Assembly: GCA_001786575.1 (NCBI GenBank)
Contig: MFRW01000004.1
Coordinates: forward strand, 62,655-126,654
DNA from: Candidatus Moranbacteria bacterium RIFCSPHIGHO2_01_FULL_55_24
GTDB taxonomy: Bacteria > Patescibacteriota > Minisyncoccia > Moranbacterales > UBA1568
Direction of reading: 5' to 3'
Length of the DNA stretch: 64,000 nucleotides
The notes under the pieces were generated by a model. It was given only the letters and a program-made list of their open reading frames with translations, made no database searches and was not told the origin of the DNA. A program made the translations under genes and the position numbers. Below, piece by piece: positions 46,784-56,739 of the stretch; within the stretch, counting starts at the first letter, position 1, and every line of letters starts with the position of its first letter.

Positions 46784-48921
46784 TCTTTCTTCTCTTCTTT
46801 GGGTGCTCCGGAGAGCGCCGCTTCAAAACGGGCAAGCATCGGATCGTCGAGATTCGGTGCTTTGTCGCTTAGGGGCTCATCCCGGTTCACATAGTAGAGG
46901 ATGCTGTGGAACTCCTGTGCCTGTTTCTTCAGATCTTTTTCGCGACGTTTCCGCTCTTTGCTGTTCTGCGGCGGGGAATCGTAGCTTTTGTAGGAGAAGG
47001 GGAGAGAACCGGTGATAAGGGGCTTGTCGCTCGTGACCGTGGTGTACCCGGGGAAGGCGGTGGCCGGGTAGCGGGCGAGCAGGTAGTCCATATAATTCCG
47101 CCAGATGGGCGCGGCGACGAACACGCCATCAGCTCCGGCTTTCATCGGGGTATTGTCGTTGTTGCCGACCCAGATACCCACCGCGACCTTCTGGGTGTAG
47201 CCGACAGTCCAAGCATCGCGGAATTCCTGGGTGGTGCCGGTCTTGGCTGCGACTCCGCCGCTCTTGAAGGCGAGGGGAGTGCTCCCGCCGAACACCATGG
47301 AGCGCGCCTGGTTGTCGGAGAGGATGGAGCTGATCTTGCGGGCAGTTTCTTGGCTCAAGGCCCGGCTGCCTTCCGGCTTCTCATGCGAGAAAAGCTCTTT
47401 TCCATAGGTATCCTCGATCCGGAGGATGCCGGATGCCTTCTTGTACAGGCCGTCCTGGCTGAAGACGCAGTAGGCATTGGTCATCTGAAGCAGGCTCACC
47501 TCGGCACCGCCCAAGACCAAGGAGAGGCCGTAGCGGTTCTTGTTCCCGGAAACGGTGATCCCCATCTTCTCGACCTGGGCGAGGGTGGAATCGACGCCGG
47601 CGAGGTACTGGGTCTGTACGGCAGGGATATTGAGCGAATTGGAAAGCGCCTGGCGCATGGAGATGAGCCCGTGGGTATTGCCGTCGTAGTTCTGGGGCTC
47701 GTATTCCTTGCCCTGGCCGTCGGGACCGAAGCTCGTCGGGAGGTCGAAGAGCATGGTCTCGGGCTGGTAGCCCTTCTCGAAGGCGCGCGCATAGACGAAC
47801 GGCTTGAAGGAAGACCCTGGCTGGCGCGGGGCGAGCGCCACGTTCACGGCTCCGTCGATGCTTTTGTCGAAGTAGTCCTTGGAGCCGACCATCGCGAGGA
47901 CTTCGCCATTCTCTGTGTCGAGCGCGACGAGCGCGGCATTGGAGGCATTCCACGAGGCATTCTTGGCGGCACCGCTCCGCACGGCTTCTTCCGCCTTCTG
48001 TTGGGCTTCCCAGTCGAGGGTAGTGTATACGTGAAGCCCGTGGGTCTCGAGATAGTCGCGGCCATACTGCTTCTCGAGCTCTTCCAGAACCGCGAAGACG
48101 AAGTGCGGCGCGTGAATCTCGCGCTTGAGCGGCACGACACGAGCCAGGATGTCTTCCTCTTTGGCACGCGCAGCTTCTTCCTCGCTCACCCAGCCGTTTT
48201 TCCGCAGCTTCTCGATGATCAGGTGCTGACGCTGTATGAGGAGATCAGGATTGTTGCCGTAGGGGGAGTAGAGGGTAGGCGCGTTGGGGAGGGCGGCGAG
48301 AAGCGTCGCTTCGCCCAGCGTCAGCTCCGGAGCCTGCTTATCGAAAAAAGTTTCCGCCGCCGCCTCGATGCCGTAGGCATTGGACCCGTAGGGGACTTGG
48401 TTCAGATACTGGTCCAGGATCTCTTCTTTGGTCAGGAAGAACTCTAACTTGATAGCCAGAAGGGCCTCGATCGCTTTGCGCTCGACGGTTTTCTCGCGGG
48501 AGAGGAGGACGCTCCGAGCCAGCTGCTGGGTGATGGTGGAGGCGCCTTGCTCGAACCCGCCCTCGCGGAGGTTCACGCGGAGCGCCCGGAAGACGGCTCG
48601 GGTATCGATGCCGAAGTGGCGGTAGAAATTCTCGTCCTCGACCGCGATGGTCGCGAGGCGGATATTCTTGGGGATATCCGTGTGGTTTATGGGTTTGCGG
48701 TTCTCTTCGCCGTGCACCTGGTAGAGCACGTGCTCGCCGGTACGGTCATAGAGGACAGACGTGGCGCCATGCTCCGCGTCCGTGAACTCATTTATCGAGG
48801 GGATGAAGAAGACGAACACGGCAATGCTCGTCAGCATGGCCATGAAGAGGAAGATAACGCTTAATCCGAGGAAAAATCTTCCCCAGCTGAAAGTCTTCTT
48901 TTGGGTTCTGGGAGTTTTCAT
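46780..48921 (-). CDS. class A penicillin-binding protein (transglycosylase + transpeptidase, PBP1A-like)
   Basis: GT51 motifs (EDENFYRHFGID, GASTITQQLARS). TP motifs SSFKPF, SLN, KTGT. N-terminal TM anchor. Confidence 0.9.
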   Translation of the reverse strand: MKTPRTQKKTFSWGRFFLGLSVIFLFMAMLTSIAVFVFFIPSINEFTDAEHGATSVLYDRTGEHVLYQVHGEENRKPINHTDIPKNIRLATIAVEDENFYRHFGIDTRAVFRALRVNLREGGFEQGASTITQQLARSVLLSREKTVERKAIEALLAIKLEFFLTKEEILDQYLNQVPYGSNAYGIEAAAETFFDKQAPELTLGEATLLAALPNAPTLYSPYGNNPDLLIQRQHLIIEKLRKNGWVSEEEAARAKEEDILARVVPLKREIHAPHFVFAVLEELEKQYGRDYLETHGLHVYTTLDWEAQQKAEEAVRSGAAKNASWNASNAALVALDTENGEVLAMVGSKDYFDKSIDGAVNVALAPRQPGSSFKPFVYARAFEKGYQPETMLFDLPTSFGPDGQGKEYEPQNYDGNTHGLISMRQALSNSLNIPAVQTQYLAGVDSTLAQVEKMGITVSGNKNRYGLSLVLGGAEVSLLQMTNAYCVFSQDGLYKKASGILRIEDTYGKELFSHEKPEGSRALSQETARKISSILSDNQARSMVFGGSTPLAFKSGGVAAKTGTTQEFRDAWTVGYTQKVAVGIWVGNNDNTPMKAGADGVFVAAPIWRNYMDYLLARYPATAFPGYTTVTSDKPLITGSLPFSYKSYDSPPQNSKERKRREKDLKKQAQEFHSILYYVNRDEPLSDKAPNLDDPMLARFEAALSGAPKEEKKD

Positions 48922-48984
48922 AGCAAAGCGTTATTATACAGTAAATATATCATTCTATCAAGGGAAAGAATACGCGTATAAAAA

Positions 48985-49015
48985 AACCGCTCAACGAGAG
49001 CGGATTTTTTATGAG
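48985..49015. terminator. rho-independent hairpin (AAAAAACCGCTCAACGAGAGCGGATTTTTT)
   Basis: GC stem flanked by A/T runs on both sides. Works as a terminator on the minus strand for the small gene 49030..49200. Confidence 0.4.
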
Positions 49016-49029
49016 TCGGGAAGCTCTTC

Positions 49030-49200
49030 TTACAAGAGTCCTACCTGACCGAAAAAGGTGAGAGTGATGACGGGGAGCAGCGCCAGCAGGAATGCTAGGC
49101 TGGTTTCCTCGTTCTTCGCTGCGTCAGCAGATGCCTGCTGGCAGCTTGGGCAGTCGCTTGCGGCTGCTTCGACGGATGTCTCCGTCTGCATGGTCTCCAT
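49030..49200 (-). CDS. hypothetical small membrane protein (56 aa)
   Basis: METMQTETSVEAAASDCPSCQQASADAAKNEETSLAFLLALLPVITLTFFGQVGLL has a C-terminal TM and an AT-rich upstream region. The longer six-frame ORF start is unlikely. Confidence 0.3.
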   Translation of the reverse strand: METMQTETSVEAAASDCPSCQQASADAAKNEETSLAFLLALLPVITLTFFGQVGLL

Positions 49201-49429
49201 ACTTTTATTGTTAATGTTTATTATCTTTTTATTTTCGCCTCCGCCTCCGGTATGGACCCGGGGAAAGGGGAGAAGAGAAAAGAAAAACGGGTGCGGACCT
49301 GGAATGGTCCTCACCCGTTTTCAACTCTCAACATAATCCATTATAGCAGGAAAAAAGGCTAAAGTCAAGAGATTCCGAAGCACGCTCTTCCTTGGTATAC
49401 TAGGAAGCGTAAGTCCTGTTCCGATACCT

Positions 49430-50116
49430 ATGCAGAAAAAGATTCTCTTGCTGATTCCCATGCTCCTCTTGCTCGCCGGATGCACGACGCCCCCGGTACG
49501 GAAGGAAGTGCAGAAAGACAACCTGACCTTCGATTCCGAAAAAGCGGAAGCCCAAAAGCAAGCGCAAGAAGCAGTAGCGAAACAGACTAAACCGATAAGC
49601 AGCAAACCTATGTATCAGAATCCTCCAGCCATGACCATCGATCCAGAGAAGTCCTATCAAGCGACGCTCAAGACGAGCGCGGGCGACATCGTCGTGGAGC
49701 TCAATGCCAAGGCGACTCCGCAGACGGTGAACAACTTCGTCTTCCTCGCACGCGAGAAATTCTATGACAACACGATCTTCCACCGGACGATCAAGGGATT
49801 CATGATCCAGGGAGGCGACCCGCGCGGCGATGGCACCGGCAACCCGGGGTACAAGTTCGCTGATGAGCCTTTCACCGGGGAGTACACCCGCGGTACGCTC
49901 GCGATGGCGAACAGCGGACCGGATACCAACGGCAGCCAATTCTTCATTATGCATGCGGATACGGCCCTCCCGAAGAATTATGTGATCTTCGGAAAAGTCA
50001 TCTCGGGTTTGGAAGCGGTAGACAAGATCGCGACCGCTCCGACCAAGCCGTCAGGCGAAGGGTCGTCGCCGGTCACGCCGGTCACGATCCAGTCGGTAGA
50101 AGTGGCAGAAGAGTAG
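49430..50116 (+). CDS. cyclophilin-type peptidyl-prolyl cis-trans isomerase, lipoprotein
   Basis: Lipobox LLLAGC. Cyclophilin motifs (FHRTIKGFMIQGGDP, GTLAMANSGPDTNGSQFFI). Confidence 0.85.
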   Translation: MQKKILLLIPMLLLLAGCTTPPVRKEVQKDNLTFDSEKAEAQKQAQEAVAKQTKPISSKPMYQNPPAMTIDPEKSYQATLKTSAGDIVVELNAKATPQTVNNFVFLAREKFYDNTIFHRTIKGFMIQGGDPRGDGTGNPGYKFADEPFTGEYTRGTLAMANSGPDTNGSQFFIMHADTALPKNYVIFGKVISGLEAVDKIATAPTKPSGEGSSPVTPVTIQSVEVAEE

Positions 50117-50206
50117 GTATTTCCGGAATCCCGAATCTTTTTCGAGAAAAAGCCTCCGCATCACGGAGGTTTTTTCAATAGCGTGGTAGAATGGAGTGAG
50201 AAAAGT

Positions 50207-51700
50207 ATGCGGCAGAGAGATAAAAAAGAGCATCCAGGAATCAAGATATTCCGGAGAGCGGTTCTCGCTTCTCTCCTGTTCTTTCTTGTCGCTCCATTCC
50301 CAGCGGATGCCGCGACGCTTTCTTCCCAGGCGGTCGCCGATATCTCGCGGCCGGGAGTGGTGCATATCGGAGTGCATGCCTACGGGCATGCCAAGATCCC
50401 GAGGATAAAGGTGAATATCCGCGAGCGTCTCGTCGCCCAGGTACCGAATGAGTTTATGGAAGTCCCGGTGGACGAGTACATAAGCGGCAGCGGCTTCGCG
50501 GTAGAGGAGGGCGGCTACATCATGACGAGCGCCCACGTCGTGTCGCAGGAGGCGATCAAGGAGAATCTGGCGAGCGAGAGCGCTATTTCCGCCATTTATG
50601 AGAGCGCCCTTTTCTTGAATGACGCGGAAATGCAGGAGTTCCTTGAGGACGAGGAGAATCCTTTCATCGACGAGGTGCTCCGGTTCGTGGTGGAGCGGAG
50701 TACGTTCGATCTCCGGACGGATGTGCGAGTGCTCCGATCGGGAGGCGAGGCGAAAACTTTCCCGGATCTCATGGGAGGTGGCTTTCCGGCAGAAATAGTC
50801 TTGGCCCGCGAGGGATTTCTCAAGGATGAGGACGACGTCGCGCTTCTGCGGATCGATGCCGCGCCTCTGCCCGCGCTTCGCTTAGGGAAGTCCGAAAACC
50901 TGGCCTCCGGACAGCGGGTCTACATCCTCGGCTATCCGGCGACCGCGGAGATCGGACCGTCCGATAGCCGGGAAGCGACATTCACGAGCGGCATCGTGAG
51001 TGCCGTGCGGGAAGACCGGTCTACAGGGAAGCGTCTGTTCCAGACAGATGCCAAGGTTTCCCAGGGATCGAGCGGCGGACCGCTTCTCGATGAGAATGGC
51101 GAGGTAATCGGGATAGTGACTTTTCAGACAGATACGCTCCGTCGCGAGAGCGGAGATAATTTCGCTTTCGCGCTGCCGGTCGAGGCGGTGACGGCGCTTT
51201 TAGCCGAAGCCAGGATCACTCCGGCCGAGGGGCGTTTCGGTACGGCTTTCCGGCAAGGCTTCGCTTTTTTCCTGGAACGCCGCTGTTCGCGCGCCTTGAG
51301 CTCTTTTCAGGAAGCGCGGGCGACGCACGAGGCATTCCCGGTGGAAGCGTCGCTCGCATCGTATGAATCCGTCTGCCGCGGGTGGCAGGAACAGGGTGTC
51401 GCTCGCGACAGCGCGTTCGCGAAAGTCAGGAGCGCGCTTGCCTCATCGGACCGTTCATTCATCTATCTGCTCTTCGGCTCCATCGTCTTCTTTCTCGGCT
51501 TTCTCGTGATCCTGCTCTGGCTCTTCCGGCAGATGCGCCGCGACGAATTGGAAATCAGACACCTCGAAGAACGGGTGCAGAAAGACGAGTTCCGGATGCG
51601 CTCGCATGAGTTCGAGGAAGTGAAGCGCTACCAGGCACTTCAGGAGAAACGTCCCCGAAAGACGAAGCCTCCCGAGAAGCCCCCGCAATCATTCGTTTAA
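50207..51700 (+). CDS. trypsin-like (S1) serine protease with C-terminal TM/coiled-coil region
   Basis: Catalytic triad context: GSGFAVEEGGYIMTSAHVV (His), DVALLRID (Asp), SQGSSGGPLLDENGEVIGIV (Ser). Signal peptide. C-terminal hydrophobic helix plus Arg/Glu-rich tail. Confidence 0.75.
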   Translation: MRQRDKKEHPGIKIFRRAVLASLLFFLVAPFPADAATLSSQAVADISRPGVVHIGVHAYGHAKIPRIKVNIRERLVAQVPNEFMEVPVDEYISGSGFAVEEGGYIMTSAHVVSQEAIKENLASESAISAIYESALFLNDAEMQEFLEDEENPFIDEVLRFVVERSTFDLRTDVRVLRSGGEAKTFPDLMGGGFPAEIVLAREGFLKDEDDVALLRIDAAPLPALRLGKSENLASGQRVYILGYPATAEIGPSDSREATFTSGIVSAVREDRSTGKRLFQTDAKVSQGSSGGPLLDENGEVIGIVTFQTDTLRRESGDNFAFALPVEAVTALLAEARITPAEGRFGTAFRQGFAFFLERRCSRALSSFQEARATHEAFPVEASLASYESVCRGWQEQGVARDSAFAKVRSALASSDRSFIYLLFGSIVFFLGFLVILLWLFRQMRRDELEIRHLEERVQKDEFRMRSHEFEEVKRYQALQEKRPRKTKPPEKPPQSFV

Positions 51701-51712
51701 CACGCGCCAGGC

Positions 51713-53482
51713 ATGATCGGTCTTTTTGATGTTCTCGGAAGCCGAGAATTCCGCATACCCTTCGCTATCCTTCTCCTCATTTTTCTCGGAGAAGTGTTTT
51801 CTTTTCCACAAGCGCTGATTCTTGGCGGCTTGGTCGGCCTTTTCTCGCTCCTTTTCGAGTCCTGGGGACGGCTACGTCATGGGAAGTGGAATCTCGACTA
51901 TCTGGCATTTTTGGCGCTCGTGGTCGCTTTTTTCCTTGAACAATGGCTGGCCGGAGCGGTGCTGGCTCTCATGGCAGCGGTGAGCGCCGCGCTTGAGACG
52001 TACGGGACCCGCCGCGCCGAGAAGACGCTCCGCGAGCTTTTCGAGAAAATTCCGAAGACGGTCATGGTCCGCGGGGAGAGCGGTGACCACGAAGTGTCGC
52101 TCCATGCTGTGGTGCCGGGGGATACCCTGGTATTGCGGCGTGGCGAGATGCTGCCGTTCGAGGCCGAGCTTCTCTCGAATGAAGCGGTCTTCGATGAATC
52201 CAACGTTACCGGAGAAGTCGAGCCGGCTGTGCACCGCAAGGGAGGACTGCTCAAAGCGGGATTCGTGAACCGCGGTGAGATCGTTCTTGCCCGGGCGGAG
52301 GGAGATTTCGAGCACTCAAGCTATCGGAAGATCCTGAAACTGGTGGATGAGGGGAAGCATCATCCCGCTCCCTTGGCCCGCCTTTCCGAACGCTATAACA
52401 TTCTCTTTACGATCTTTTCGCTCGCAATCGCTTTCGCGGCATACTTTTTCTCCGGAGACCTGATGCGTTTTCTCGCAGTCCTGGTTATCGCGACGCCTTG
52501 CCCGCTGCTCATCGCCGCCCCCATGAGCTTCATCGGCGGACTGAACAAGGCGGCACGCAAGAATATCATCATAAAGAGTCCCTTTATCCTTGAGCTCTTG
52601 GCCAGCACCAAGACGATCCTCTTCGACAAGACAGGGACATTGACTCTCGGCGAGCCGCGCCTGCGGAGCATCCATATCTTTGACAAGCATTTGGATGAAG
52701 AGGAAGCGCTCAACATCGCCGCCTCTCTCGAGCGGCATTCTATCCATCCGATCGCCAAAGCCTTTGTCCGGGTCCATAGCGAAGCGAAGGGCGAGATTCT
52801 TCCGGCGACGCATATATCCGAAGAGATCGGCAAAGGTATCCGGGGAACCATCCACGGATCGGAATTTTCCCTTCGCAAAGCCACCGTTTCGGGCGGCGAT
52901 GGGATCGTTGTGGAGCTTTATTGCGGGAAGAAGCGGATCGCGAGCTTCACCTTCGACGATATCCTGAAGCCTGCTGTCGGAGAAGTCTTCGGGTATCTTA
53001 CGAGCCGCGGCTACCGCCTCGGCATCATTACCGGCGACAAAGAGAAGAATGCCCGGAGAGTTCTCGGGCACTTCCGGCTTCCTCTGTATGCTGATGCGAC
53101 ACCGGAACGCAAAGCGAGCCTGATCGCACGGTATCAGAAGAAGGGCGAGCTGGTCGGGATGATCGGGGATGGCGTGAACGATGCCCCGGCCCTCGCGCTT
53201 GCGGATCTCGGTATCGTGTTTTCGGGGACGGAGAATTCCGCCGCGACCGAAGCGGCCGATGTGGCGATCCTCGACCGCGATGCTCTCCGTATCCGCGATG
53301 CGATCCACATAGGCAGAAGTTCTTATCGGGTGGCATTCCAGAGTATCGTTCTCGGTATGGCGCTTTCGACCGGCGGGATGACACTGGCGTTCTTCGGGTA
53401 TGTCGACCCCGTGCAGGGGGCGGTACTTCAGGAAGTCATCGATTTCTGCGTCATCATGAACGCGCTTCGCTCCACGTATTAG
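51713..53482 (+). CDS. P-type ATPase, probable heavy-metal (P1B-like) transporter lacking N-terminal metal-binding domain
   Basis: [19 protein letters not shown] motif IATPCPLL (C-P in the CPx position). Confidence 0.75.
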   Translation: MIGLFDVLGSREFRIPFAILLLIFLGEVFSFPQALILGGLVGLFSLLFESWGRLRHGKWNLDYLAFLALVVAFFLEQWLAGAVLALMAAVSAALETYGTRRAEKTLRELFEKIPKTVMVRGESGDHEVSLHAVVPGDTLVLRRGEMLPFEAELLSNEAVFDESNVTGEVEPAVHRKGGLLKAGFVNRGEIVLARAEGDFEHSSYRKILKLVDEGKHHPAPLARLSERYNILFTIFSLAIAFAAYFFSGDLMRFLAVLVIATPCPLLIAAPMSFIGGLNKAARKNIIIKSPFILELLASTKTILFDKTGTLTLGEPRLRSIHIFDKHLDEEEALNIAASLERHSIHPIAKAFVRVHSEAKGEILPATHISEEIGKGIRGTIHGSEFSLRKATVSGGDGIVVELYCGKKRIASFTFDDILKPAVGEVFGYLTSRGYRLGIITGDKEKNARRVLGHFRLPLYADATPERKASLIARYQKKGELVGMIGDGVNDAPALALADLGIVFSGTENSAATEAADVAILDRDALRIRDAIHIGRSSYRVAFQSIVLGMALSTGGMTLAFFGYVDPVQGAVLQEVIDFCVIMNALRSTY

Positions 53483-53516
53483 CGGGAGGCGTGGTATACT
53501 CAAGGCATCAAAACAT

Positions 53517-53954
53517 ATGCGAATTCCTTCTTTGAGGCACAAAAAGGCGCGCGGATCGGTCCTGGTCTTCTCGTTGATCGTGCTTTCCTTCCTCCTTATT
53601 TCCGCCCTTTCGGTCGCAGCCGTCGCCGTCTCCGAGACCAAGACTTCCATCGCCGTCAATCGCTCGAGTGTCGCTTTCCAGGCAGCGGATAGCGGCGTGG
53701 AGATCCTGCTCGAGAAGATCTATTCCGGAAGCTGCGATAGCTCGGCTTTGAGCTGTCTCGGGACCTGCAGCGGCGGGGAGATAACTGGGAATGTCGGAAG
53801 CGGGAATTACAAGATCAATTTCTACGAGAATGACGGGGCGCACATCTCGAGCTGCAGCACGACTACTTGGCGGACGGATGTGGTGCATCTCAAGTCCGAG
53901 GGAATCTACGGCAGGACGACCCGCGCCGTGGAAGTCGAAGTCAAGCATCCATAG
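53517..53954 (+). CDS. PilX/ComGG-like N-terminal domain protein (putative minor pilin / pilus-assembly-like)
   Basis: KKARGSVLVFSLIVLSFLLISALSVAAVAVSE resembles the PilX_N / ComGG N-terminal segment. It is not a canonical G-F/T-L-I-E prepilin. Confidence 0.4.
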   Translation: MRIPSLRHKKARGSVLVFSLIVLSFLLISALSVAAVAVSETKTSIAVNRSSVAFQAADSGVEILLEKIYSGSCDSSALSCLGTCSGGEITGNVGSGNYKINFYENDGAHISSCSTTTWRTDVVHLKSEGIYGRTTRAVEVEVKHP

Positions 53955-53979
53955 GAATTCCTAGAGATAATCAGAGAGA

Positions 53980-54010
53980 AAAAGCGCCCGATTCTCGGGC
54001 GCTTTTCTTT
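53980..54010. terminator. bidirectional rho-independent terminator
   Basis: AAAAAGCGCCCGATTCTCGGGCGCTTTTCTTT between convergent genes. Confidence 0.55.
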
Positions 54011-54028
54011 GGGAGCGGCAGGAAACGA

Positions 54029-55225
54029 TTATTTGTAGCGGAGCGCTTCGAGGGCATCGATATGCGAAGCCTTGCGCGCCGGGAAGACTCCTGTCATGAA
54101 GCCGACGAAGGCCCCGAAGATGATCACGGTCATAATGAACCAGAGCGGGCTGTAGAAGAGGTCGACGGCTTCTCCGCCGAAACGTGTCGCAATCAGATTT
54201 ATGAGGAGATTCAGGACTTCGCCTTCGAAAAAGCCCAAGATGACGCCACCTAAGGAACCGAGGAATCCCATGAGCGTCGATTCCATCACGAACATGAGCG
54301 AGATGCTCCCGCGCGAGGCTCCGATGGCTTTCATGATGCCGATTTCTTCGGTGCGCTCGAGGAGCGCGATGGTCATGGTGTTGAACATGCCGATCGCCGA
54401 GACGATGAGCGCGATCATGCCGAAGACCATGAGGACGATCTGGACGGCGCGGAAGACTTTGTTCGCCTGGTCGACGGTTTCGGAAATGGAAGACGCGATG
54501 AATCCGCGACTCTCGACTTCCCGATGCACTTGGTCGAGCGTCTCCGTGGAGAGGCTTTTCACTTTGAGCTTGGAATAGCTTACGAGCGGGAAGCCCGAGA
54601 GGGAATCAAGGGGAAGATAAGCGGTATTCTCCTCGCCCTGGATCACTCCGGTGATGGTGTAGACGTTCCTTGGCGAGAAGGTTTTTCCTTGGCTGTCGGC
54701 ACCGGTCTTATCCGCCTGGAAGAGCGTGAGGGCGACTTTCTTCCCGATCATAGCTTCCGCGGACGTATCGAATACCCGTGCGACCGCTTGGGTGATGACC
54801 ATCGTGTCCGTCTCTCCGCGTGTGAAGAGTCTGCCTTCTTCGAGGCGCAACCCTTCGCTCTTGAAGATGCTGGCATCGGAACTCACGGTGCTGATATCGA
54901 GCGTGATGGTGTCGAACTTCCCTTGGCCGGGAAGCTCGAGAACCGGGACGACTTCGGAAACGTTCGGAATAGACTGAAGCGTCTCGATAGCGGCTTGGTC
55001 GAGCTTTTCCGGACCGTCTTCTTTGCCGACAGTGACATCGAGGGTGATGAGCGCATCCGAGGTCGTGATTTTCTGGAGGAGCGTCCGCTGCAGCCCATAG
55101 CCGAAGGACACCAGGAACATGATAGCGGCGATACCGATGCTCATGCCGAGGATGGTCAGGAGCGTCCGCATGGTGCGGGCCTTGAACATCCGGAGCGAAA
55201 GTTTCAGCAAATCGAAGAAGAGCAT
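54029..55225 (-). CDS. ABC transporter permease, FtsX/MacB family
   Basis: N-terminal TM, large extracytoplasmic domain, three C-terminal TMs. Start taken at MLFFDLLKLSL, 5 nt downstream of the ATPase stop. Confidence 0.8.
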   Translation of the reverse strand: MLFFDLLKLSLRMFKARTMRTLLTILGMSIGIAAIMFLVSFGYGLQRTLLQKITTSDALITLDVTVGKEDGPEKLDQAAIETLQSIPNVSEVVPVLELPGQGKFDTITLDISTVSSDASIFKSEGLRLEEGRLFTRGETDTMVITQAVARVFDTSAEAMIGKKVALTLFQADKTGADSQGKTFSPRNVYTITGVIQGEENTAYLPLDSLSGFPLVSYSKLKVKSLSTETLDQVHREVESRGFIASSISETVDQANKVFRAVQIVLMVFGMIALIVSAIGMFNTMTIALLERTEEIGIMKAIGASRGSISLMFVMESTLMGFLGSLGGVILGFFEGEVLNLLINLIATRFGGEAVDLFYSPLWFIMTVIIFGAFVGFMTGVFPARKASHIDALEALRYK

Positions 55226-55229
55226 GGCT

Positions 55230-56582
55230 TTAGGAGTATTTGATAAGCATGATGATCTCGATCTCGCGCACCGCTTTTTCCGCGGTGGTTTTGTGGAGTC
55301 CGATGCCATCTTTTGCGACCGGGGCATCGAAGCGTTTCAGGAGCTCGATCTGGCCGATGTGGCTTTCGAGACGCAGTTTGAGCGCGGCCTCCAGGCGCAT
55401 GCGCTGTTCGGCAGCGAGCTTCATATGGAAACGCTCGATGAGGTAGTCGGCAAGGCGCGCGACGCCTTGGACCGGATCGCTCTTCAGGATCTGGACCTGG
55501 TCCAGGATGGCTTGAGCTCGGGCCGCGAACGAGCGCGAACGCAGGCTGTTCCAGCCGGCTCCACCCTCCTCGAGGTCCAGATCGAGACGTTCGGTGAACG
55601 TGCTGATGTCGATATTCTTGAAGAGGAGCTCTTTGAGGAAGGCTTCGGCCATGGTGACCTGCTCCTCGTTGAGTTCGGAGAGGAGATGGGAAAGGAGCTG
55701 CTTCGCCTTGAACGGCACAAGGAGGACATCGACTTGCTGCGGAAGGAGGCTCTTGAACGAGTTCATGAGCATCTTCAGTTCCAGCGATTCCGGCGCGATA
55801 GTCTCGTCAGCCTTCTTTTCCTGATTGGTAGATCCGGTGCCGATCGGGCGCTTCTCCTTGTGCACTTCTTCCTTGATGATCCGTCCGTCTTTCATGTGGA
55901 TGACCCGGTCGGCGTAGGGGAGGTGCTCGGGATTGTGGGTCACCAGGACGATAGTCTTCTTGTCGACCTCGTTCAATTCCTTGAGGATTTTCAAGACGTT
56001 ATCGGCGCTTTCGCTGTCCAGGTTTCCCACTGGTTCGTCGGCGAGGATGACATCGGGATTATTGATGAGTGCCCGGGCGATCGCCACGCGCTGTTTCTGG
56101 CCGCCGGAGAGCTGACTCGGGAATTTATCCGCTTGCTCGACGATGCCGAAACGCCGTAGGAGCTGGACGCCGGCTTTGCGCCGTTCGCCACGGGCTTCGC
56201 CACGGAAGACTTTCGGCAGGCAGACGTTATCGAGGATATCGAGGGAGGAAATGAGGTAAAAAGCCTGGAAGACCATGCCGGTACCGGTCTGGTGCAGTTC
56301 CAGTTCTTCGCGCCGAGTCATCTTGCTTATGGGCCTTCCTTTGAAGTAGACTTCGCCGTAAGTGGCTCTCTGGAGCCCCGAGAGGGAATAAAGGAGAGTA
56401 GACTTCCCGCAGCCGGAAGGTCCGTAGATGATGACGTATTCATGGGGATAAATCTCCAAGTTCGTCTCTTCGAGTGCGCGCGTCTCGTTGGATTTCCCCT
56501 GATTGTAGATGATGCGGAGCTTATCGATAGTGATCAGAGGCTCTGCTTTCGGTTGTATTTGCGTTTCCATAATTGCCTTCAT
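55230..56582 (-). CDS. ABC transporter ATP-binding protein (MacB/LolD-like) with ~200-aa C-terminal helical extension
   Basis: Walker A GPSGCGKST, signature LSGGQKQRVAIARAL, Walker B ILADEP. A long non-ABC C-terminal region follows. Confidence 0.85.
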   Translation of the reverse strand: MKAIMETQIQPKAEPLITIDKLRIIYNQGKSNETRALEETNLEIYPHEYVIIYGPSGCGKSTLLYSLSGLQRATYGEVYFKGRPISKMTRREELELHQTGTGMVFQAFYLISSLDILDNVCLPKVFRGEARGERRKAGVQLLRRFGIVEQADKFPSQLSGGQKQRVAIARALINNPDVILADEPVGNLDSESADNVLKILKELNEVDKKTIVLVTHNPEHLPYADRVIHMKDGRIIKEEVHKEKRPIGTGSTNQEKKADETIAPESLELKMLMNSFKSLLPQQVDVLLVPFKAKQLLSHLLSELNEEQVTMAEAFLKELLFKNIDISTFTERLDLDLEEGGAGWNSLRSRSFAARAQAILDQVQILKSDPVQGVARLADYLIERFHMKLAAEQRMRLEAALKLRLESHIGQIELLKRFDAPVAKDGIGLHKTTAEKAVREIEIIMLIKYS

Positions 56583-56739
56583 AATAGCATTTCGGACGCA
56601 TTTTTTCGAGAGACTGGGATGATGCTATGATAGGCTTATGAAAACCAGCGGAACCGTCATCATCCTCGGGATCATCCAGGCCATCATTCTCACTTTGGTG
56701 CTTCTCTACTTCCTCTACGTTTCCAGGTAAAATAAAAAG

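Noticed and set aside
46906-48447. 513-aa plus-strand ORF
   Set aside because: Antisense to the PBP1A gene.
52316-53659. 447-aa minus-strand ORF
   Set aside because: Antisense to the P-type ATPase gene.
55119-56159. 346-aa plus-strand ORF
   Set aside because: Antisense to the ABC ATPase gene.
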